A DNA stretch of 63,809 nucleotides, filler included, from Klebsormidium nitens (Eukaryota; Plantae; Klebsormidiophyceae): assembly GCA_000708835.1 (NCBI GenBank). It is 4 parts of 4 records of this genome, joined end to end, with 100 filler letters (N's around TTAATTAATTAA, not from the genome) between each part and the next. Parts side by side here need not be neighbours in the genome. Positions count along the whole stretch, not along the records: positions 37,322 to 62,219 come from DF237847.1; 3 more parts are not named here. The stretch is one strand, 5' to 3'. Both the position numbers and the translations under genes were made by a program. Under the pieces are notes generated by a model. That model saw nothing but the letters and a program-made list of their open reading frames with translations. It did not search any database and was not told the origin of the DNA. How positions within the stretch are numbered: the first letter of the stretch is position 1; each line of letters begins with the position of its first letter. Shown one piece after another: positions 37,322-48,400 of this stretch.

Positions 37322-37397
37322 TGAGAAGTAAAGGTCGCGCCAACTGGCTCATCGACCATGCGCCTCCCAGGCGGATAGTGGACAGGCGTGCGCGCGC

Positions 37398-40300
37398 ATG
37401 CGCGCGCTTCAAGCTGGGTACCTCGCAGCTGGTGCCAGCAGGCTGAGCAGCTCCCATGTTAAATGTATGAGAATCAGGCTGAGCAGCAGCTCGGAGAGGT
37501 CGGAGCGTTCAATGAGCAAGTTGCCTTGCCTTGAAGATGTGACAGGTCTAAAGGATTTGAAGGTGTTGCAAGCCTCCCTTCATGGGCAATGCTGGAGCCA
37601 GCGTCTGGGCTGCTAGAGGCGTATCTGCTCATTTGGTTCTTCTTGCCACCTTGCTCAAAGTTCGTGGACTGTTTTCGATCTTGAAGTTGCTTTAAGGACA
37701 AGAGTCGTTGGCAATTTGCCTGCAAGGCGCAAGTGCCACATTGGAAGACAGTGTGAGAGACCTGCAGTATCCAATCGTCAGCAAAAGTTTATCAGCTACT
37801 GTAGTTTGCTTCTGACGGACATTACTGGCACGCGCAACCAGTTCTCCAAGTAGGCATGGACCACCCACACCCACTGGAGCCATATGACGTGACTGTGAGC
37901 AACCTCATGAGAGAAACAAAGGTGGCTGAACTCAGGGAATTGTTCACTGAGATTGATGGCCCAATTGTTGACGTGCAAGTAAGTGTCTCCTTCAATTGAG
38001 GAATGCTGAGAAACTTTACAGGCTTCCTGATCTGGATGAACTGTACCTGTATGAGCTGTACCTGTATGAGCTGTCAACCTGTTGGGATCAATCTAAAGAG
38101 CTTGTAAACACTTCTGATCTGCCCCCTCCAAGCTCTGGGCGGACTGCAGCCAGTCAAAATGCCATTATGGGTTGGCAGAGACATCAAATCTTGGAAATAT
38201 TTCTGTCTCATCATTCTGTAGCTGCTATGAGCTTGAATATCCTGAGTGAAAACTTCCCTTCTGACTCACCATAATGGCAAAACGCAGGTGATCAACCGTG
38301 CCAAGAATAGATCTACAGCACGGATAACTTTTGGAAATGAGCGGACACGGCGAGCTGCTGTTGCCAACATGGACAGGCTGAAGGTGCGTGGAAGAGCCAT
38401 ACGCGTGGAGTACTGTGAAGCCAATAACTGCTGCGAGGACTGCATACAAACGGTGAGAGAGCGCTCCTTCTGCTTTGAATTGTCTGTGCATGGTAGTACA
38501 GAATATCAATCAAGAGTTGCATCATTGTAGAGATCCCTTCTGGTCAGTCACCAGCATACGAGCTACTTCTTCTCAAACGTTTGAGCTCGTGCTATGCTAC
38601 AGTAACTAATTAGAAACCCCTTCCGTGGAAATAGACTGCAACCTTACTCCGTTTGAGTCAAAGAGCATCCACTCTGTTTGTGAGTTTGTTAGCAGGGTGC
38701 ATCGTCAAGCAGTAGCCAAGTTATTGGCCGGAAAAAGGGTAGCAAGTGTATGTTCTCCGTGCAGGAGAGATGGTGGACTTTGGAGTTTGATGGAGCATCC
38801 CGGGGCAACCCGGGGGAGGGAGGGGCGGGGGCATTGCTGCTCTGTCCCTGTGGAGGAGTGGTATGGAACGGTCACATCATCGCGTTGTTATTCTTGTTAA
38901 ACTGATAACCACGTGGTTTGACTTGGTTTTCCTGCAATTTTAGTGTTGGCCCACAAGTCGACTTTTACACTCTGCAGCATTACGATGGGGACGTCATACA
39001 CATGTTCTTGGCCTGTGTTTAGGACTCCACCACGATCTTGTGGGGATACCCCCAAGCAAAAATCACAAGCCTCAGCCCCAGACACTATTTGAGGCTTTTA
39101 AGAGGTTTGAGTATCTGAGGAGGAATCTGGTGTGCAAAGATGAATTGTTTCGTTTTTTGTACACTTACACTTCCACAATCCTTGCGCGCTTCAAACAGCC
39201 CAGTTTATAAAATCCCATTCTCGAACCCTCTTGATCTTTTGACTGTTTGCCGCACTATTTATTCCTCAAAGTACCAAAGTACCAAGCAATGAGCAACATT
39301 TAGCCCGTCGTTTGGATATGAGAGCACAGACGCTGAAATGCTGATATATTGAAGGGTTTCTTCTCCTCCTCAGCATGAACGTGTGTCAGAGTATCTAGGA
39401 GATGACGTCACCAATAATCAGGCAGAGTACCACGGGCTCATCGAGGGTCTGAAGGCGGCACAGCTACATGGGGCGACCCACCTGGAAGTACGGGGAGACT
39501 CGGAGCTCGTCATCAAGCAGGTAACCCCTTTCTTTTGAAGGCTTTCCATGATGCGTTAGTCGGGCAGTCATGAGGCTTTGAACTTCTTTTGAAACACCTT
39601 TGTTGGGCCTTGTTTCAGCAACTTTCTGAATGAACATTGCAGAGGTCCTTTTGAGTTTACTAGGTATATTTTTGCACTTTTGACGACAATCCAGAACGCC
39701 CAAGAACCAAGGCGTCGTTGTAAATCAAGGAACAGGGAGAAAGCGTGCATGTACTGATCTCAGAACATTGGCTCACAAAACGTATGAAACTCCTTGTAGC
39801 TGTTGCATTCCCTTCTAAGCTGACTGGTCGTTTGAGTGCGTTCGATGTTGTTTGCTCTTTCTGGCTGTATGCGAGAGACTGTGCTCTTATACGTAGATTG
39901 TCTTACCTTTCAGGCACCAAATGTGCATAAGCCAGTCGAGCTGTCATACTCGTACCTGCTGTTTGTCCATCAACTCCCTTCCCTTTACTTCAAGGTCCAC
40001 CAGGATTTCCAAAGCTCGTAACTTAAAACCCGTCGGAAGTCGAGGGACTCATAAGTCCTCACCTGTCTTCCCGGTTTCGGTTCCAGATGACCGGTGAAAA
40101 TAGAGTCCAAGCACCCCGTCTGAAACCGCTGAGTATGGAAGCACGAAAGTTGGCGGCGAGCTTCGATGGGCTGGAGTTCTATTGGATTCCCCGGGTGAGC
40201 GTCGCGAGCATGCTTGGTTGATTGCTACCTGTCCTTCTTCAATTCGAGTTACCGGAAAACGGTTGACTTTTCATGCCCCCTGGTGACATGTCTATCGAGG

Positions 40301-40651
40301 GCGGGACGTTTTGCGATCAGGAAGCAGTTTCTTCAAGCGCCCCATTTTCACCCGAACTAATGTAATTTGCTGTAAGGCAGCTCAACTCCGATCCTTTGTC
40401 TCCGATCTTCGACGAAGTAAGAGTCCGATCGGGAGCTCTACTTCAAATCTTCCAATCAGGAGTACGACGTGAGGCTCGCATTGGCTTTTATATCGGACAT
40501 TGTTGATCTCTGGTGTGCACCGCACACAGTAGAAGCTGGCAAGCAACTAGCTTGCATCCTTTGGCCGCTCTCACTCGGGTGATCCTTGCCCTAACAGGAA
40601 GAGAACACGGACGCCGATCGATTGGCCAATGAAGCCATTGACTCTACGTAG
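37398..40651 (+). CDS. RRM-domain plus ribonuclease HI (archaeal/Ty3-like type) fusion protein, with possible organellar transit peptide
   Basis: Seven exons, each a multiple of 3 and joined by phase-0 GT-AG introns: 37398-37562, 37805-37978, 38288-38452, 38765-38860, 39374-39520, 40087-40194 and 40598-40651. RRM-like YDVTVSNL...ARITFG...AAVANMDRLKVRGRAIRVEY. RNase H: FDGASRGNPG, TNNQAEY, GDSELVIKQ and IPREENTDADRLAN, with all four acidic catalytic residues. Confidence 0.82.
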
Positions 40652-42335
40652 AGGTGGGCTCAAACCCTGCAGATTTGACTTGTGACTTGTGCCTATGAGT
40701 TGCAAGACTCCAAATGGCCTGCTTGAAATGCTTAGCAAAGGATTCGTGACGACTGCTCTGCTTGGAGTTAGCCGCTGCGCCTTCGCAATCTGTTAGTCTC
40801 GTGGTGACAAGAGCCTTGTTTTCGGTGCTCGAGAACTAGGTTGTCGAGGTTATGCTTCTTACGACTGCAGCTCCTTGTACCACTGAATCCAGGAAGCCAG
40901 GATGGCGTCTCAACCAGAGTCTTTCGACTTACTGAGTGTCATCCGCTGCGTGCGCAGATGCCCATGCTTGCGAAGCTGAGCTGGTGTCACAGAGGGTTGG
41001 TTCCCGCCGAACACATCTTCTGCAAGGCGTTATAGAGATCCAGTCGGATGCTTTTGAGCGAAGGCTGTCCTCGTTGCGTCTGAAACACACATTGTCCGCT
41101 TTCTGACCCCAAATCATACACAGCACGATAGATTTAAGAGTCTGCCAGGTCGGTGCCCGCGAGTTGTTTGTATATCATGCATGCCTTGGATTATAATCAA
41201 AGTGAGTACAGAACACGAACTGAAGACTTCTGGAGATATAATCTTGGATTCCTGAAACCCTTAGTAAAGTATGAAAACACATGGATGTCAGCAAAACGGG
41301 ATTGGGGCAAAAGAGCAAATAATGAGTAGATCAAAGACTTGCCTATATGCGGCGATTTGCTCATTGGTGTTTGGAGTTCCTTCATGAGAGCTATAAAAAT
41401 AATCTGAGAAATGTCCTGGCCGATCGCCCCCGTTCAACGGTTCCCAATATTGTCCGGCCAAGTTTTATACTCTGCATGATTGCTGACAATCGCCAGAAGG
41501 GTTGCATGCCACAGTAATGCCTGGCTATTTACGTGTCCTTGAATGACATGGATGCATGGTCCGAGCACGACGGTACGCCTACAATACTCTGTTCGGCCTA
41601 GGACCCGGCGAGTACGCATCAATGTATAGGGCCCAATTCCCAAGATAGCTTTCAATGATCTAGCTAGCTGTACATGCATGCAAAATCACCGCTTAAAAGA
41701 TGAGGGATGCTCCAGAAGGCGCAAGCACCCATGCCAGCCATGGGCAAATTTTGCGCGCCCCATTAATTCGCGCGCATGCCTGGCACGCGTAGGCTACACC
41801 GCGGCCGCGCGGGCGGAAGTTCAAGTTTTGTACGGCCCTTCCTAAACCCTCAGACCCTGCCGGCCGCGGTGAAGCCTCTTCAGGGCCGCACCTGCAGCTG
41901 ACCTCGATCGATCCGACGGGATATTATGCTGGTACATACTTGATAAGGAATGTCATTCTGCACTATTGTAGCCCCAAAGTCGCCATAGCTTTCCACTCCC
42001 TGCCATGAACGGCGACGCCGTTCCGTGGCGCGCCAGTTTACTTATCTGAACGTCTATTGAGGTTCTGAGGGTAGCGTCTATTGAGCACTCAGACGTTGGT
42101 GCAGATCAGCCGCAACAAGCTAGTTTGTAGGATCGCGGCCGGGCAGAGAGGAAGGATCTTTATGATTGAATAATTGCTTTAACTTACGTCATTATTTGTA
42201 TACTTGGAGTCCGAGTCAATCAAAGGTCCGTTCACTTACTGAAACGAAGCGCTTGCAGGACGAGAGGCCCTGTGTGAATTGACCTGAACACCTCAAGCAG
42301 ATTACATCCACCAATTGCACGATACCTGGAGGATC

Positions 42336-44436
42336 ATGGCGGAGCCAGCGGTAAGATTGTACTTCCACGTTTGCGCTCGGACAAACCATGCACCAGTCAC
42401 TGAGTATGATGTAAGGGCTGGACGTCGCATCTTCGGGTCCGAGCCTTCCCACAACTGTCAGGAAATGAGCTTCATTTTGGAGAGGTGTTTGTATCGCTTG
42501 CAACCTTTGGGCCGAGAGCATAGAACGCTTGTGGTTGACAGCGAGCTTGTATAAGGTTCTGAATAGTGCGTAGATGCTCAGTGGGCATGCACTGTGGAGC
42601 CCCTTCTCACTGTGGCACGGTTGAATTCACCACCTACATCTCTAGAGTTGAAGTGCCTCTTCTTTGGGTTCCTCAGAGCGGGAGCAATGCAGGAATACCT
42701 GCTTGTTCTTTAGGGTTCTTTGCACTCAAGGAAAGCTTTCCAGATGAGCTTGTGGGCACTTGAAGGCTGTGTTCAACATTTGCACTCTAGGTCGCAGCAC
42801 TGGCAGCCCCGGCCCTTCGTTTTTGCACCCATTAACCCTCCCTTATCTGCTTATAGTCAAGAAGAATGTATGAGGGGGAGACTTCTGCAGCTGGAGGCGG
42901 TGGCGGTGACCCCCCCAAGCCCGAGGAGCAACTGTCCCCTGAGGACGAGATCAAGGCTTGGCTCCGCTACCTCCTGGCACAGAATTTCGGAAAGATGCCG
43001 CTGGACGACATCGGAATGGCCGTCTACGAGGGGGGGGTCGCGGAGGGGTACCGCCAGTACCTGGAGAAGGTCAAGAACAACAGGCTCGTCGTGAAGCCCC
43101 GGACATGGGCCAGCGATCCCAAGAGCCAGGTGAGCTAGTGCGTGCAACCTTGGCCATTTTGGCTAGAGGGGAGCCGAGCGTCAAGTCTGTGACACTCTGT
43201 ACGTCGCATCTGCCTAAATGTTTAAAGAAAGAAGAAATCATTTAGTGTATCTGGCAGAGATGTCCCCTCTAGTGTCTCCGAATGTGCCCAGGAAGCTCCT
43301 GCTTCGCCCTCGGCCTGTCAAGTCCATCGAACCCTGCTTGCCGCGGCTTGAGATGCCCGGTTGCGCTAACTTTTTACGTGGTCGATTGCATCCACCTTTT
43401 GTCAGGCTTGTCTTCTTGTTGCTCCTGTCGAGGTCACTAGACTCCGTGCCTCACCTTCTCAGCGAAGAGGCATCGGCCTCCTCTTTCTTCTGGAGTGCTA
43501 GCTGTTTGGGTAAGAGACGTGCACGTCTCGAATCGGTGCTGGCACTCCCCTGCAGGCTTACAAGGACCGCGAAGCCGCTTTCCAAAACAACATGCTCCTC
43601 AAGCTGCGCAACACGCCCATCCAGCCCTACAAGGTGATTTTGCGTGCTTTGTCGCTCTGTGCAGCCCCCTGGTGGGGGTTACAGTCTCATGCCAGTATTA
43701 AGCAGGCCAAGAATGAACATTGCAAGGTTTTAGCTCGAATCCAAAACGTTCGATCGAAAACCACTTATCAACGCACGGCTCAGAAGGTGCGCTTTTGGGG
43801 TTTTGCCATGGCTGCCCCTCTAGTTGCAAGGAGGAGGATGAATGGCGGCGTCAGTCTCTTTCTTCATCTCCTATGAAACTTCATTAAAGTGAATGTATAA
43901 AGCTCCAAAGACGTCTTTCAGTCCTAGAGACGTCCTTGGAGATGCAAAGAGGAGATTAGAAGGACGCCATTGCGAAGAAATCAACAAACTATGTGACCTA
44001 GTTGCTGGATTACGCTTCGGATATTAGGTGCAAGATCCGAGGACTGGTTACCAATCGGCAGGACAGTGAGCGGCCAGCATCCTTCTTTGCTGGTGTTGGT
44101 AAGGGGCTAGCGAGGCACTCGTCCTCTTGCCTCTTGCGCGTCCCCTTGACCAGCCCAGCGGCGCCTCATGCTTTCAAGTTCCAGCTGCGTTCGCTCGCGA
44201 TCAGCAGGGGCTGGAAAACTCGCTTGCGCCACTTGCGCAGCTTGCAAGCAGCAAAGTCCCGTGTGAAGCCGCCTGTGCAGCCCCTGATTGTTTCAAGCGT
44301 AACTGTGCAGGGATATGGAGCCAGCCCCTTCGAGGACATCCTGCCAGGGGAGATGCCTCCAATGGGCATTGGTCCGCCAGTGAGTTCGGAGGTAGCTAGA
44401 GAGTCATCGGTTGAGCGCGTAGGCATGGGCGTATGA
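42336..44436 (+). CDS. Hypothetical protein (~160 aa), no recognised domain
   Basis: In-phase exons ~42336-42350 (MAEPA), 42857-43129, ~43556-43633 and 44311-44436, with canonical splice sites and host-like GC3 codon usage. Confidence 0.6.
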
Positions 44437-45411
44437 TCGACTGAGACGTGTGAATTCCTTGCTGGTCGATCGAGGCCGAATGTACGTATGAAACATTTCA
44501 GTATGACCGTCAGATGTATATAGCCAGGCGCGGCCCCGTGGGGAGTTTTAGGTGTGAGTCTCAGAACATCTAGTCGTTATTTCTGAGCCAACATGACGAT
44601 TTCATTGAATGCGGGGCCGCGCGCAGTGGTACCTCTCACATTCTCTTATTGACACGCAGAAAGTAGCGTTAGAGCACATGAACTGCACTTGCAGTTGTCG
44701 AGATTGGTATACTAAGGTCGCATACTAATCGTAACACAAATGTCGTCGGACTAACGGTTGCGTCGGCGACAGATCGGATAGACATGCAATCAATTACGCA
44801 TATCAAAGACACGATCGACATCAGTGCGCTACACAGTCGTACACGATTGCGTTAATTAGTGATTGTCTGTCGTAAATGATCGCGCTACCGACCGCCATCT
44901 TTCAGCACGATCTGCAACATATGCACCATTCATTCTCATTTTGGCACTATCGATCATATTGACTTTCATCCACCTTAAAGGAGTAGCATGCAGATTAAGA
45001 ACGACGCAACTGAGATAAACAGAATTTATGTTTTGCATCGTTGCAGCCCTCCAAATACTGTGGTGCACATGCGACTTTAGTAACGAGTCTGCCATGCGAG
45101 CCCATACTCTTAGGCAAAGCTTGCTAGGCCAGATCGTCGGAAGTCATGGTCGGAGCACAAAGTCGCTTGCACGTGGACGCACCTGCCCACAGGTCACGCT
45201 GGCGAGATTAGAATCGAATTGGATATTATCAGCATTCCATCCAACAATAGCGACGGCCACCCGCCTTCTGAAAGGAAGGCCGTCAACCAAGCTGAGTCAA
45301 GCTTTCAACGTGTTACCTCCTGTCGAACTAGACGTCAGCAAGATTCACTAGACTTCCATGCTTGAAAGGATTCGCATCTCGCTGTTGTCTTGATGGGTTG
45401 CGAACGTAAGC

Positions 45412-48400
45412 CTACGCGGGAAACATTCCGGTCATCCGCATGTGTTCCAGCACCGTTTCCAGGCCAAACTTAACAACCGCCGCATGGCCCGCCCTAAAGC
45501 CTGCGCCGTACACTGCCGTCGGATTCATCGCTATCTCGTTAGCAAAGAACTCTGCCAACCGCTCCGTCACCTCCTCTTCCGTCTTCTCCCTTCCTCCGTC
45601 GCTTATCCGAAACTGGAAATCAGGCACTCCCGCTAGAGTCTGCGTCGGTCTTTCCATGTTTGGGCTGTGCGCTGGCAACTGGGTCTGCAACCACATGTGG
45701 GCCAACACTTGGCAGATGCCCTCTTCGATCACGGGTTCGAGCGCCGGAAACGATCCTGCAGCAGAAGTCGAGCATGTTGAAGAGGAGTGAAGTCGGAGAA
45801 ACATAATCTGGAGAAAAAGTTACGACGAGGGCGGAACTTCGCCGCTGAATCAGAGGAGCTAACCAACTGTCGAGCCAAAGGCAGGCATTTCATAACATGG
45901 TGCGTCAAAGTGGCTTCGTGAGTTGCCGGGCATCTTTAACCCAAAAGCCGCACGATTAACTCAAGGACTCTTCACTGTCACACCTTCAACAATCCTGAAA
46001 AGGTGGGACAATGGAGAACCTGACAGATTCAATGACACTGCTTTCGGTGTGCGCAGCAGTAAACCGGATCTCGAACAAAACTAAATTCGAGCTGAAGCCA
46101 CGCGTGCATCAGCTCGTGCGCTAAGATCGCCCCCCGCGAGCGCACGTGGTAACGCAAACAGAACCCAAAAAATCCTAACCAAAAAACATGTGTGTCGAAA
46201 CCTGAATCTAGCACATGGCGTTCCTAAGTGAGAATGAAGGAAATTCACACACAGGATGCATCTATGAGTAAGAAACCGAGTGGTTGTATGGGAGTAAGCA
46301 GGTCCGGAAAAAGTCAAGCCCAATGAGTACGGTCGTCGTCCCATAGACCCGGGGAATTCCTTAGCATTAACCTGACTTTCATACAGAAAACCGGAGTGAC
46401 GTCACTCACCGTCAAGTCGGAGCCACGCGTGCATCAGCTCGTGCGCCAAGATCGACCCCGTCAGCAGTCGAGGCAGTCCGAACAGAATCAAAATCGCCGT
46501 CACTTCGCAGTGCCGCCGCACAACTTGCTGCTCCGTTTCGTGCGAAAGACCCTGGATGCCCTGAAAGCGTCCGGCGGGCTTGCGGACGACGGACCGGATG
46601 ACCTGCTCTTCGGACACGCAGAGGCCCCGCGTGGTCATGGGGTGGTGCGAGCCCTGCGGAGGAAGAGGAGGGGCGACGTCAAAACAGGGCCTTTCAGGTG
46701 GGCTACAAAACAGTTAGCTTCGACCTTCTCGCAGGAAACATCGTCAGCTGACAAGCATAGTGCTCAGGAAGGCAGGGAGAGAGGCCCCGTGCGGTCATGG
46801 GGTGGTGCGAGCCCTGCGGAAGAAAGGTGGGGCGACGTCAAAAACAGGGCCTTTAAGAAAAAAAAAATCAGGCCCCCTAAAAACTGGCCCCGTTGAGAAG
46901 GGTAGAGTAGAGGCCCCGCATAGGAATTGGGTGTTGTGAGCCCTGGGCAGCCAATGGCGGAAGCTCGTCAAAACAGGGCCTTTCAGGTGGGCTACAGATA
47001 TCTTCAACCTGCTGCGGAAAAACGTCTTGCGGCCCGTCGTCAGCTGACAAGCGTAGTGCTCAGGAAAGCAGCGAAGAGGCCCCGCGTGTCATGGGGTGGT
47101 AGGAGCCCTGCGGGGAAACATGGAGGCCGGCGGGATAACAGGGCCTTTTCAAGGTTCGACAGAAGACTCAAGCTTCTGAAGAAGTATGTCCGTTTCTGTC
47201 AGATGACAAGCGTGAATGTTCAGTTTGGTAGAGTAACGGCCCGGCGTCGTCATGGGGTGAAGCAAACCCTGGGCAGCAAAAGGCGGAAACGGCGTCAAAA
47301 CAGGGCCTTTAAGGTGGGCAAGGACGCGAGTGGCGCACAAGTCGAACGAATGGGGGCCCTGTCCAGTCATGCTGTAGTGCGAGCCCTGCAGGAAGGAAGG
47401 ATGGGCGGTCAGAATAGGCCTATTGAGCGAGCTTCTGGACTGAAGCGTTGATGACCAAGGTCTAAAGACGAAAAGTACCGTTCGGTCTTAGTCTGGTGCT
47501 TGCCTCGTAGGGAACGGTTGATCAGCACTAAGGGTGCCCCTTGGGCGGACAGCACGGTGGCATTGCGAGCTAGAAGAGCGTCGGTGCTTCTGACGTCAGT
47601 GATGTGCAAAATCGGCCCCGGCGCAAAAAAGACCCGCGGAAGGGCGAGCGAGGTTGAACCCGAAATATTGCAGACCCTAATCTGTGGTCTATTGAACCGA
47701 TGAGGAGCGATGATTACAAGAGAACGTTGTGACAGGGGTCAGAGAATGACCAGCTAAGCCACGCACTTGCTTAGACTACTCAATGAGATGCAAAGACCCG
47801 GAGGACGGAAATGTGAGCCGACAGAATCTTTGGACCAACTCGAACAATGATTTTTGTAGGCAAGATCCGACGCAATGCTCCAGCATGAGCTGACGTCACC
47901 CACCGGGTTGGCGCCCCCGCCCGAGTGCTCCTTCTCCTGCGCCTCGTTGAGCGCCTGCCGCTCAACTAGCAGCAACGGAATGTCCTTCTGGCGCAGCCGC
48001 ATGCCCATCGTCTCGTAGAACTCAAGGACCTCGCGATACAGGGGCTGTCAAAAAAAGAGAGAAGCTGACGTCAGCATGAGTGGGGCACATCACTGCAGGC
48101 TTTGCAGTAGACAGTATGACCTTCTCGCGCAGCCGCATGCCCATCGTCTCGTAGAACTCGAGGACCTCCCGCTACAGGGGCTGTCAATGAGGGCAAAGAC
48201 AGGATGACGTCAGCGCAAGCGAAGATGCTATGACGTCAGCATGCATAACACTCTGGAGAATAAAAGGTCCTTCTGGCGCAGCCGCATCTCCATCGTTTCG
48301 AAGCACTTGAGAACCTAAGTCGCGATACAGGCGCTGTTGGAAGAAACAGGTGATGTCAGCCAGACGGAGGGTGATGTCAGCAGAACCAAACGCTATTTCA

